Source: Rhynchobatus australiae
Lineage: Eukaryota
NCBI GenBank assembly: GCA_034780895.1
Contig: JAUZTB010000074.1
Span: 16,472,789-16,536,788 of the forward strand
DNA length: 64,000 bases
Reading direction: 5' to 3'
Shown here: positions 37,501-50,770 of the stretch, one piece after another
Numbering within the stretch: the first letter of the stretch is position 1
Layout: each line of letters opens with the position of its first letter
Program-made: the position numbers and the translations under genes
Notes under the pieces: generated by a model
What the model saw: only the letters and a program-made list of their open reading frames with translations
Told to the model about the DNA's origin: nothing
The model's database searches: none

Positions 37501-40500
37501 ATCTCCTTCCGTTCTCTTCTTCCAAAAATAGCAAGTGACAATAACGCAACACCCACATTTCTTCAGCAGATGAGTTGGAACATATTGTATACTGTGGGAT
37601 GTCACTTACAATAGTTGTCAAATGCTAGTCTTTGATAAAAGCTGTTTAGTTATTTGTTTAATTTATATGGAGCTTTGACAAGGTTTTACTGGATTTTAAT
37701 TGAACAAAATATTAAGATTTAGGTCTGGCAAAAAAAGAAAAAAATTAGGACTTAAATTTAAGTAAAAGAGAAACGTATTGTCCCTGGGCAAGATACATGG
37801 GAGAAGTTGTGACTGTGTGATGGTTTAGAATAGACAAGAGCATATTGAGAGTCCATTATAAATAATTCTTTCAATTCTTGGTTTCATTGAAGATGAAAGA
37901 AGTAAGGTAGGTGATCTGCAGAATCTTAGTGTTAAAGTTAATCCCCATGGAGTCTACACATGAAAATCACAAACTAGGAAAAGTCCATCCTACCTACCTT
38001 TGCCTGTCCAATCCATCATAGTACCTTGTGTAGGGCAAGGCTGTCATGAACAGTGGAGTCTCTCTGCACTGTGGATAAAGAGCAAAAATGTGTGTCTTAC
38101 CTTGATATTTTATTGCTGATAATCAGCATTATGTCATCCAAAGGTATTTGAGGCGGGTTTGGTTTAGTGGTTCTTTTGGTTTGTGACCAGTAATCTCTTT
38201 CATAAAGACTTGATAAATATTTCTCTTTATAATATTGCAGTTTGCAAAAATAGATATTTTCATACGTTAGGTTTTTAATTTTTTTTTATTTTTTAAATTT
38301 TACTTTTTGACAATGATGAAGCAGAGCAGAACTTTTCAATTCATTATTTCTTTTTTTAAATGAATGTCTTTACTGGAATTAAACCTGATGCATGGTCTTG
38401 GATAAATATATGCTCACTTAAAATTTAGTTTACACAGTCAGTATGCTGGATGTTGCTGATGAACTTCTGTTGAGGAGGTAACTAAGATAGCTTAAAAACC
38501 ATGACTGAAAATTAATTGGAGCCATTTCCCCTTGTTCTGAACATCCTAAAAAAAATCAATCTGTAACTTTTCATCCAACCATTTTTATTTTCTGCTTTTT
38601 AAAAAAATCTTCTTGCCTGTAGTATGTTTAATGTTAACCCTAGCTCCCAATCTCCATAATTATTGCCTGAGCTCCTGAGTGTTTCCAGTACTTTTTGTTT
38701 TAATGAATGGGGGCAGCTCTCTGAGGAAGTGAACAAGATGTCTATGTTCATTTTTTTGTAAGAAAGGGCAAGCAACAAGTTTACACAAAGAGTAAGCAGC
38801 AGGAGCTGTCACCTGCTAATATGCTTGTACAAGTCTAGTATTGCTTCATGCTGAAAGCCTTTTAAAAAAATATATAGATCTATTATCACCAACAGAACTG
38901 CTTAAATGTAAGTGCCAGTAAGATTTTTTAAAGTTTGGGTAATGTCTTCCAAAGTCCAATTTGTCATTTGTTCAAATAACAGAAAGTTACTGAACTTTCA
39001 AATATCAAGTACTGTGGCACATACAAGGTGATTTCAGGATATGAACAGACCTCTGTGGTCTCTTATTCTATAAATGTGAATGCACAAAATGGTGGCTAAT
39101 GCAAGACTCAAAACTTTTAAGTTACCAGTTATTTTCTGTGTGTAATTTTTAAATATTTAAATTTAAAGTCACTTTAAAATGTTTTTATTAGTATCCTTAG
39201 TTTTAACTTTCCAGCATCAAAACTTTATTACAGTGTCTGTGTAACCAATACCTAATTGAATTTTCAGTTTCAGAATTTGTGAATCTTTTCTTCTGAGTAA
39301 ATGAGGGTTTCTGTTACACATCTGTACTTCCCTGCTGCATGAACACTTCATAATGCCTCAATCCGTAAACTTGCAACTTTTAAATGACTTCTGCCATTTC
39401 TTTTGGCAATCCTGCAACTTTTCTGCCCTGGTTATATTGCACCATGTGATCTTGTCTCTGGAGTCTTTTTGTGACTTCTGCATGTGGGTAGCCATGTTAT
39501 ACTGCCAGCTCACAAAGCTCTTGAACTAAATAGAGCTTCATGCATTCACGCTTGAATACTGGAACATAGCTCAGTGCACTGTCTTCCAATAGCCATTGTC
39601 TTTTCTGTCATACAGAAGGAACTCTGAAGAAATTTCAAAGCAGCTTCATGATCTGTGTGAATTCTATTTGAGTTTTATTATCAAAGATTAAGAAGTTGAT
39701 AGGTCTTCACAATTACCAAGGCATAGAAAATGTTGGACCTTTGTGCATTGAGTAGGGCAGTTGTCCACCAATAATAATCTGAGGTGTAAATAGCAAACTA
39801 AAACAATGTTTACATTTTGTTAAATTTTGTAATTAGAGGCACTGTAGAAGAGTATGTTGGCATGCAATGTTGTCATGTACAAACATATATACTGGCAACG
39901 ATTCCTGTTTCAAAGTTGCAGAATATACTTTTGTCCCAAGCCCATAGCATGGCCAGGCATGGTGAAGAGTCCAGCTTGCATCACTGAGACTGAAGCAATT
40001 CTATTACATTCTATCAGTATTCTTTACTTTTGTCAAATGCTCCTCACAGGTGTATTATACTGAAACAGATTGATATTTCACTGTGGAAATACAAAGTAGA
40101 TCACAAGGCAAATATCAACCTACGATTAATTACTCACTGCTGTCTTTTCACAGAAATTTACAAGTACTGTATCTATATTCATTATTTAGCACAACCCAAG
40201 TCTGCTGATCCTGGCTTGAGTCCAAAAGGCATTTGAAATAAAGAAAAGGAAATGCTGGAAATATTTATCTGGTCAGGTAACATCTTTGGAGAAAGAAACA
40301 GTTTTTTTCTCAGATTAATGATTCATAATTAAAACTAATGGAAAGAAAAGCAGAAATTCCACTAGGAACTTTGTTGAACATGGGCAAATTCAATTCACGC
40401 AGTACTTCGGCAGCCAGCAGAGAATGAATGATCATCTCATCTGCATGGGTTAGCTTTAGATATCCAGGATACAATCAGCACTGTTTTAATTATTTGGTCA

Positions 40501-43500
40501 CATTCATATATTGAAATAAAAACAGAAAATGCTGCATATAGTCAGAAGATCAGTATCTATAGAGTGAAAGCAAGAGATTATTTTCCAAGCCATTGACCTT
40601 TCATCAGACTAGTTCTTCTAGTCTTTGACATGGTTCTTGGAGATCATTGGTGAGACCTGGGTGAGGTGCTCTTTGGTGTCCATGTGCACGACTGAATTTT
40701 AAACTTTTTAAATATCATAAAAGGTCTTTATGAATTTTCCAGAGTAATAGTTAAAATTAAGAATATTAATATACTCTCAGAGGTCAGTGAGGAAGAAAAA
40801 TAAATGGACATAATTGTAGCATAAAGAAGTGAGAGATTGTAGCTTACTTCTGAACTTTGATGCTGGTGTCAGTTGTCAAGCTATTGCGTGTTCTGAATCT
40901 TGTATTCAGGGGTGCTTTTGCTTTTTCTTTTGTATTCAGTACATTTTGCCAAAAGACTTTAATGGCAAAGTCACTGTGCAATACTGAAGTTGGCAGCTTA
41001 ATGATTTTAAACCGGGAGATGAAAGTTTGAGTACAGTAAAAATTCTCTGTTTTTATCTAGAGGTCCACATGACTCGGTGGCTGCATGTGTAAATATAATT
41101 TGCTTGATTGTAACTGTTCAATTGTGACATCAAGATAAAAGACTTGAGCTTTATGATATTGGACAACAGCTAAACTGAAAGACCAAAAGATGTGAGATAA
41201 ATCCCAAAGTAGCAAGTAGGTGATTATAAAATGTTATTTTAGAAAGCCTGGTATTTGAGGAGGAAGGGAAAGAATGAAGGAGGCAATAAATTTAACAGAT
41301 CTGAGTTCCTGTGAAAAGAAAGAGTTAGAATAGGAGTCTGTGCAATGACAGCATTGCCAACACTTGCAGTGTTTAAGGGAAGTCCCATCTCAACAAGCTG
41401 GAGCATTAAGGTTCCACTTCCTCCAGACTCCTGGCTGGATGCTGCATCTAGAATCTCTTTCAGAATCATAAATGTTGCTGACACTGGATGAGTCTTGATT
41501 TCAACAGATTGGCATTATAAGGAAGAGGAAGAGCACAGCAGATGGTGAATTTGCAACTTTGCAGGAACCAGAAAAGAAATTTCAGAGCAGTACTACTCAA
41601 TACTAATAATGAAATTAGAAAAAAACAGTTCTGATCGAATGATGGATGAATTGCCCATCAGATTACAAGCTTGTTCTTGTATTCTATCCAGGGAGTTAAA
41701 AGAGTNNNNNNNNNNTTGGGCTTAGGATTCTCAGAGAGTTCATAGTTTCAAAGGGAAAATATGTTTGACATAAAGGAAGAAATAGAGCAATCTGGAGAAA
41801 TCTTCAATGGGTGACATACAGGACATTTATCTGTGCAAGAATATCAGTGGATGAAGCAAAATGAAGATTTGAAATTATTATTGAATGCTTTACATGTAAT
41901 CCAATTGTTGGATTACATGTAATGACAAAACTGTACAGTAAAGGACTGAAGGAAACTAGGCTTTCTTGTCCCACTGAAGAATGAAGAAAATCACAAAGAA
42001 CTTTGTAATGAAAGAAGGGTTAACATTCTTTGTACTGAGCATGTAATGGAAGTTAATGAATGTGGAATAGAATTACCAAGGAGGAGGTGAAATTGGAACC
42101 TTAGAGGAGGTGACCATTAATGAAAGGATCGTGTGGAAGAGAAGAGCCATTCTGGGTTAATGGAAATGATTCAGAGAATGAACTATCAACAACATTACAA
42201 ATTAAACAATGTGTGATGAAAACAGACAGTTGTGAATTATAACCTTGAGAGGTTATATGATTTCACTCTTTATCGAAATGCCAACAGCAAACCTGGTTAG
42301 AGACTTGGAGATGTTTATGGCAGTAACAAGTAGTACATCCATTTTTCAGGGGCCGTGTTCCAGAAAAGACAAGGTGATCATTAATAGAATGGCAGCCAAT
42401 TGTGTGGGCATGAAGATAAGGCTACCAGTGTTGTGGGTTTTATTAGAGCAGGGTTTTTACTATAATGAATAATGTAAAGATTAATTACAAACTTAACTAG
42501 GTTTTCTAATTGATGTATTAACTGATCTTGGCTGTTATGCTAATACATGTTTACAAATGGCCTTAATATTCCTTAGCAAGAAAGAAAAATTGTCCTAGGT
42601 CTCCATTTCTGGTGGTTATATAATAAGCCCTGCTCTAGTAATATTGATGAAAGCTGTATGAGAATATCAGAGAACAACCATCAANNNNNNNNNNNNNNNN
42701 NNNNNNNNNNNNNNNNNNNNNNNNNNNNNNNNNNNNNNNNNNNNNNNNNNNNNNNNNNNNNNNNNNNNNNNNNNNNNNNNNNNNTCATTAAACTTCAAAG
42801 TGCTATACTACGTCAAGAAAAATCAACATTTTACACATTTGATTGAGGGGTCTGTTGAGTAAAATGGTGTGCAGATTTTTTGAAATTGCTACGTAAGAAA
42901 TTAGAGGGATCTATTTATTTTAGTGTAGTCATATGTTTAAACATAATTGAATTGATGATAATTAATATTCTGACACATTGACTTTTCAAACAAAAATATG
43001 GAAAAAGTCTGTGATTGACCACTCCTGTTCTATAATAAGAAAATTCCATGTTATCATTTTGAACACATGACTTGGAAAGTTACTATTCTCTAAACACGAT
43101 TTAAGGAATTACTTATGATGGAAGAAATAAAGGCATGGCTTGAGTTCCGGTGTGAACAGCTTTACCCTTTAGCACAGGATACTGAGTTTTGCTTGTTGGT
43201 ATCATCTATACACCAACACTGAGGCAGCAGCAGGAAGTAACAGATGCAAACTTTAAAGACAGATGGATTCAGCTTGCCACAGGAGGTTTGTTCTAACACT
43301 GCAGGTCAAACTGGTTTCGGAACATCTTTGACATTCTTTCAAGTATACACTAGCTGACTTAGAGAAGGTAATCTTCATCCAAGGCCCTCCTTACACTGTT
43401 GAGCATTAAGTTTAGCATGTATTCTGTGATGGGCACACAGAGGAGGTTAGCATTGGTGACGTTTTTCAGCATTGTACATACCACTTTCAGATGACATTGG

Positions 43501-45399
43501 ATGATACGGAGCCATCTGTTAACCTTATTCCCATGCCTTGCAAAAGGCCCTAGGCACATAAAACATAAGTTTGTTTATCTGTAGCCTTGGATAGTATTCT
43601 GTGCTGCATACCATTGGCATCATAACATATTAAAAGAAAACTGAATCATCAAAACTCAATCACAAAATAAGCTAATAAATGCTAATGCCATATGTAGCTG
43701 ACTTCTACCTCCTTTGTCACTGTATGTTGCTTGGACCTGGCTATTCAGTTCAGCCAATCAGGCTTCAGAACCCCATACTAATTGAAACCAATTGATAGAG
43801 ATATAGGAAGCCAAGAAGCAAATTATTGACTGGCAAATTATTCTTTTGCAGTTGGAATATCTTCTGCCAACCATTGGATCTTTGGCTGTCAGACATGGTT
43901 TAAACCTGCAGTATTTTTCAGTGGGTTCCCTATCCATCATCTTGCAAGTTTACTGATCCAGTTGGTCTGATTGCTTGCTTGAGAAGCATCAATTACTTGC
44001 AGAAGATTTTATAGCCAGTGCCATGATTCCTACAAGCCTTCTGGTAATAGAATTGATTCATATTAGTTGAAGAAATTAGCATAGTTGGTTTGTTTCCCTA
44101 CTCGTGGTATAATTCCTTTCCATGAGTAAACCAATATCTGTTTGAATGAAGTGTTTCATGCAGTACCACTTATGTGCATCATGAGTCAATTGTATTTCAT
44201 GGTCTGTTGTGTTTTGGAATACCATTCCTTGCTATTCCAAACTGTGGAAGCATTCTGAAAATTAAATTTCATTGGAATAGATATTGATCCCTGGACAATG
44301 GTGGCAAACGTGTAATTTATTAGTGGCAATGTGTTGTATTTTGCCTCTAAAATTCCCCTGACTCCAGTTTTGAACTGCTACAAAAAAGGGTGTTTATTAC
44401 CACTGAATTTCTAGGCAACCATCTTTGGATNNNNNNNNNNNNNNNNNNNNNNNNNNNNNNNNNNNNNNNNNNNNNNNNNNNNNNNNNNNNNNNNNNNNNN
44501 NNNNNNNNNNNNNNNNNNNNNNNNNNNNNNAGGGTGTTTATTACCACTGAATTTCTAGGCAAACAGGCCACTGTATATAGAAGATCTCATTTTGATCCTA
44601 TCCAGAATAATGTAGTGTCTCAGAACTAAATGTTTATATTTTTGATAGAAAGATGAATTTTCTGTGGATAGGATGTCAGCTCACAAAACTTAATCTAATC
44701 AGTGTTATAATCATCTTCAACTGGGTGTTAATGTAGCACCCTTGAAGGATTTGTCCTACTTGGTTAAAAGTTGGAACAATTAGCATCGACATGTAGAGAG
44801 AGCTAGCGGTCATTTCTTGGTGAAATTACACCTTCACCTAAATTGAACTTGAAATGTTTGTGTACTGTTCAAGGTAGTGAGGCTGATGTTTACCTGGTGT
44901 CAGACACTCAGCTATTAGAAACACTACTTGTGCACTACCCATTTCCTCCCTTACATAGGTTATATTCAGCAGCTCCAGTTTATGTCTTTTCCAGCTTTTA
45001 GCTGCTGACACATTCATTCTGTTTGCCATTAGCATTTTCTCTAGGTGAGATCTGGTAGGATCTGCAGCTATGCCAGTAGCTGCCACATCAATGTCATTTA
45101 TCTCCGTGGATCAAAGGATATGATGTGTCCTAAATAAAGACACATTTGAATAGTGCTAACGTGTTCAAAAACATATAAAAGTAAAGAAATCAAATTCTAC
45201 AGAAATTAAAAATCATAATATTTAGGTCTAAACATAAACACTTTAGTGCCTTTCCTATTTCACCGATGTGTATGTGTGTTTTGATGTTGCATTGTCTACT
45301 TTTTGGCTCGAGTCTGGCTACTAAGAAGGCTGTTCCCTTGCACTTGGAGTCTGCACAAACTGTCCTTGGTGACCACAAGATATTAATGATGAAGGCTGT

Positions 45400-46270
45400 A
45401 TCTTTGGGCATGATAAAGAAGTTTGCAGATGACGTAGAAAGTGGCTATGTGGTTGATAGTGTGGAGGAAAGCTTTAGACTGCAGGAAGAGATAGATGATC
45501 TAGTCAGTTGGGCAGAAAAATGGCAAAAGGAATTTAATCTTGAGTACTGTGAAGTAATGCACTAGAATTGGTGCACAAAGCAAAGAAATAAGGAATAAAT
45601 AGGAAGATATTGCATGGTGTGGAGAACTGAAGGATCCTGGGAGTGTATGTTCATATAGGATAAATGGTAGCAGGGCAGATCAGTAAAATAGCTGAAGAGG
45701 TATAGTGGGTTTTTTTTTTGTTAATAGCTGAGGCATATAAGGTAAGATCAGGAAGGCTATACTGGAACTATATGTAATACTAGGCCACAGCTTGAATACT
45801 CTGTACAGTTCTGGTCACACATTGCAAGAAAAATGTGATTGCACTGAAAAGTATGCAGAGAAGAACTCAAGATGTTGGCATGACTAGAAAATTGCAGCTT
45901 TTAGAAAAGATTGGATTAAAAAATGGATTGTTTCCTTTGGAACAGAGAGGCTGACTAGAGATTTGCAGCATCCAAAAACACAAGAGGCTTAGATTAATCT
46001 TCAGCAGAGGGGTAACATAACCTCTGAACAGAGATTTAAATTAGAGAATTGATAGAAGGTTTAGAGGGGGGTTGCAGAAACGTGTTTTACCCAAAGGGTG
46101 GTCATGGTCTGGAAATGCTCATCACAGTTAAACAGTGATTGGAATATGTAGTTGCAGGGATACAGGCTTGGTGCTGGATGGTGGAATTAGGTTGGGTAGC
46201 TCTTCTTTCACTGGTACAGATATGATGAGCTGAATAGCTTGTTCATCACAAGTTTTCTGTGATTCTGTGA
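45400..46270 (+). mobile_element. CR1 LINE RT C-terminal half and 3' UTR, decayed
   Basis: MIKKFADD..RLQEEIDDLVSWAEKWQKEFNLEYCEVMH; RPQLEYSVQFWS. Confidence 0.9.
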
Positions 46271-48417
46271 AGCTGAACTTTAATTTCTTTTCTATTTTGG
46301 TCAGGATATTCCAATTCATTCTATCTGTGCACATAATGTAGCTTAAATTGGAGTTGAATGAATGCCTTGTATGAATGCTGGTAGTGTTCACTTGTAATCC
46401 AGAATTTATCAAATGCCTTTGCCCTTCAACCATTTGTCACACACAGGACCAATGCCAATGAATATTCTAGTTCAAAGCAGAAGTTGCAAATATGTAGTGC
46501 AGTTATTTCTCTAGAAGTAAATGCAGTGATTGCAAAGACACTTAAACCTATGCTTCATCTTTGACATCCCTACAGTAAAAACTTATTAACAGCGCAACTG
46601 CAATGTGTGAATAAGTCTCCTACCTTGATTAAAGCTTTAGAACTGAACCTGAGTGACTGTGAATGATATGATCACAGATTACGTGACTGGGGAACCTGCC
46701 ACTCCTCCAATCTACAAGAGAACATTTGAACAGATTTAGAACACTTTGGCTGACATGACACTTTTTTAACTTCATGTTGTGAAAATACTATAGATAAAGC
46801 TGTGGGGTTTGATTTTGGAGCACCATCTACCTTGATGCATAATTTTTACACACATTTCCAGACATTGGACATTTCAAAAATGATAGCACTTGCCATAACA
46901 CTAGAATATATTTCCTTTACGTTAAGGATGATCAGAATTAGTCTAGAAATATTCTGAACAATATGAATTTCATTACAGAAGGAATTGTTTTCCAACTCAT
47001 ATCTACAAAAAAAAAGTGTCATTGGCCACAACAAATGTACTTTTGGACACCTGATTTAAAATGTTCTCACTGTTTTGAATTTAATCCCTCAGATCTTCCA
47101 GTAAGTGGCCCAAATTTGCTTGATGCATGCTCCCATAGGCAGCTCTTAGCTGGATTGGGTGTTAGCGTACAGTCTTCTACCTGACTCCCAGCTGATTGTG
47201 AGGCGCAGTTGTATGAAGAGCCTTTCCAACCATGAGAGGCAAACCCCACCTTCAAATAGCTTTGAGCTGGTTAAGCCCTGCCCCAGGTTTATAGACCGCG
47301 ACTGTTATCAAAATCAGTGAATGTTTCAGAAGGTCTCTGAAACTTGTATTCTAAAGTGCATAAAAATTACTAAGTCTAAAACTTTTTAATATCAATAATA
47401 AGTTTTGGAATGTTAAAATACTTTTTAAAAACTCAAGAAAACAAAAGCATTTAAATCAATTTGATCGTCAAAAACATAGGGAATTCACCCTGCAGCCATT
47501 TCTTCTGCTAACATTTCTTGCTGCCAAAACTATTGGGCCATGGGTTAATTTGGGCTAGGTGCAGAAGCTGGTTTTCCCAGCTTACGTGCGAAGAAATCTG
47601 GAGAAGTTGGCTATCTGTTCATGGAATCCATCGACATTGTTCACTTATCCTGAGGTTGGTGATCAGTTGTGCAAATATTCTGGACTACTTTGCTCTGGTG
47701 TCCAGAATTTGCACCCTGTCACGTGGATAAAAAGCTGGTAGAATCGATGCCTTTTAGTTTAAAGAGTCTTGTTCCTCAGTTGTAGTACTGGCATATGATA
47801 AAGATTGACCGTATCAAAAGAATGTATGTGTGGATGCAAACAGTGGTTTTTAAGAGTTGGTGTTCATAAACGCATTGTGGAAATAAATTTGCAAATGCAT
47901 GGGCACCAAGATATTTTTCTTCTGGCATCTATGCCATTCCAACTAACAAACTATTGAAGCATTTTTTCCAATATCCACTTAAAAAGAATGGATTTGGAAA
48001 GTCAAAAAACATGTGGCTTTAACGGATATAACAGAAGTTTGTCAAGTAACAATTTTTCAATGCTGCTGTTCCAAATGCTTTGTCCTGGAACAGCACAAGT
48101 ATTTTGTTGTCTTTGAAGAATAATTGGACATCTTACCAGAAAGACAAAACTTCAGGAAACAATGGCTTATTATTCCTACTTGGTGATTAGAAAAGAAAAT
48201 CTGGTGCTGCTTTCATCAAATTACCCATGTACCAGCGCCAGAATTTTTTTTATTTGTGAGTTGTAAATGTCATCAACCAATCCAAAATGCTTCAGCTAAC
48301 CACATCAATGAGTATGCATAATACCTTTTGACTGTATTAACTTTAATATGGTTTTACTGATATAGATGAGTGCAATTCATATCAGGAATGTTAAAGGAAT
48401 AATAAAAGCATTTACTT

Positions 48418-49250
48418 ATGAACCTACAAATTCAGGGAAGAGAAGGCCACTCAGTTCCTCGAGAATGCTCCACCATTTAATAACATCACATTTGATCTCA
48501 TTGTTACCTCAACTTCACATTACTAACTACTCTCAGTAACCTTTCACTCCCTTGTTTGTGAAGAATTCATCTAAAACTATTTAAAGACTCTGCTTCCACC
48601 CTTGGTGGAAAAGTGTTCCAAAGACTTAGGGTCATCTGACAGAAAAGAAATTGCCTGGACTATTTTAAATGGATAATTATTTTTAAACAATGGTCCATAT
48701 TTCTAGATTCTCCTGCCAGAGGAACATCTTCTCCATGTCCTCCCTGTCACAAACTCTCAGGATCTTGTGTTTCTTCTAATCTCCAGCAGATACAAGCCTA
48801 ACTTGTTCAATCTTTCCTCATAACGCAACTTGCTCACTCCATGTATTAGTCTAGTAAACCTTCCCTGAATTATTTCCTGTGCTTTCACATCCTTAAATAA
48901 GAAGACCATTATGGTACACCACGATCCAGATATGGTCTTGCCAATAACCTGTGCAATTGAAAAATAATCTTCCTACATTTGTATTAAATCCTCTTGCAAT
49001 GTTATATAAGTCATTATATAATTTAATGTTATATTAGCTTTCTTAATCACTTGCTGTACTGGTATACTAGCTTTTTATAAATTGTACACCAGGGATCCCT
49101 CTGCATCTCAGAACTCTGAACAATATGCTTTATTTCTTCTGCTAAAATGGACATTTTTCCACATTGTACTTCACTTACAAGATTTTTGCCCCCTGAGTTA
49201 TCTACATCCCTTTGCCATCTCCTTATGTGCCCTTCACAACTTATTTTCCT
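48418..49250 (-). mobile_element. Decayed CR1
   Basis: CR1 tail aggccactcagttcctcgagaatgctccaccatttaataa followed by reverse ORF2 motifs. Confidence 0.8.
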
Positions 49251-49541
49251 GTTGATTTTGGAATCTGACTTGTGAAGGGAAAGAACATAAATATCAAAAT
49301 GTGCTAATACCCCAAGTGTACTACTCCACTGCTAGATAGACTTTGTATTAAATTGTCCACTGATTTCATAATAGATGTTGGAATTAGATAATGTAAAATG
49401 CATATGGCTTAAAAATAATACATTCTTCTACTTCTGTGTGGGAAAACTGTTAAATAAATACACTTAAAGTGCCAAATCCATTCAGAAAATCCAACCAATC
49501 TCTCAAAACTCTCACACCTTCAATGTATACAAATATGTTTT

Positions 49542-50770
49542 GAGAACACAATGATATAGGAGTAGGAGTAAGCCACCTGGCCCTTCAAGTCTGCTCCGCC
49601 ATTCAATGTGACTGATCTACCCCAGACTTCAACTGCTCTCTGTGCCAATTCCACATAATCTTTTTTTTCCCCAATCTTTCGACAAATTGTCCACTCCCCT
49701 TTAAATACCTTCAGTGATGTAGCCTCCACATCTCCCTGGGGTAGGGAATTCTAAAGATCCTCCACCATTACCAGAAGAAATACCTGCATAGAGAAACAAA
49801 GGACTGGAGATGCTGGAATCTAGATGAAAAACTCAATGCTGCTGGAGGAACTCAGCAGGCCAGGCAGCATCCGTGGAGAAAAGCAGGTGGTCAATGTTTT
49901 GGGTTGGGACCNNNNNNNNNNNNNNNNNNNNNNNNNNNNNNNNNNNNNNNNNNNNNNNNNNNGTCAGGACCCTTCTTCAGGACTGAAGATAGGAAAAGGG
50001 GAAGCCCAATATATAGGAGGGAAAAGCAGAGCAGTGATAAATGGACAAAAGAGGTGGGCACAAGGTGGTGATAGGTAGATGCAGGTACGAGATGGTGATA
50101 GGCAGGTGTGGGGGAAGTTGGAGGAGCAGATCCACCAGGGAATGGGTCAAAGGTAAAAGAAGAGGTGTGGGGATTATTTTAAAGTGGGACAATTCAGTGC
50201 TCATGACGTTAGGCTGCAAGGTTCCAAGATGGAAATTGAGCGGCTGTTCATCAGTTTTTAATGGCTGCCTCCTAATCTTGTAATTTTGTCCCCATGAGTC
50301 TCTCCCATTAGTGGAAACATCTCAACATGTACCCTGTCATACCTTGTAGGATCCTATTTGTTTAAATAAGATCACCCTTCATTCTTCTAAACTACAGATC
50401 TAACTATGTTTAGCTGTATGTGTATGACAACCAGGAATTAACCTAGTGAATCTCTTCTGGACACCTCCAGTGCCAGAATATCCATTTTAAAATAAGTGGC
50501 CCCAAACTGTACACAGTACTCCAGGTGCAGCATTTCCAATACCCTGTGCAACTGTAGCAATATTTCTCTATTGCCAAGGGTTTGGATTTCAAAATAAAAG
50601 ACAATATGCCATTTATCTTCCTAATTACTTGCTGCACCTGCATGCTAGTTTTTGTGTTTCATGAACAAGAACACCTGGATCCCTCTGCAGTTCACTCATT
50701 TGCTGTCTCTGTAGATAATTGTCTGCCTTTTGATTCCTCCTACTGAAGTGCATGAAATTAAACTGCATGT
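49542..50770 (-). mobile_element. CR1 LINE 3' portion split by a Penelope insertion
   Basis: Tail ataggagtaggagtaagccacctggcccttcaagtctgctccgccattc; MQVQQVIRKINGILSFI and reverse LEYCVQF motifs. The sequence is collinear across 49789-50252. Confidence 0.88.
49789..50252 (-). mobile_element. Penelope-like element 3' end: GIY-YIG C-terminus plus terminal repeat with hammerhead motif
   Basis: Reverse translation DEQPLNFHLGTLQPNVMSTELSHFK (cf. EEQHLIFRLGTLQPNGMN.E). Downstream are gtc-CTGAAGA-AGGGTCCTGAC and GGTCCCAACCC-AAAACATT-gac around an N run. Confidence 0.82.
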
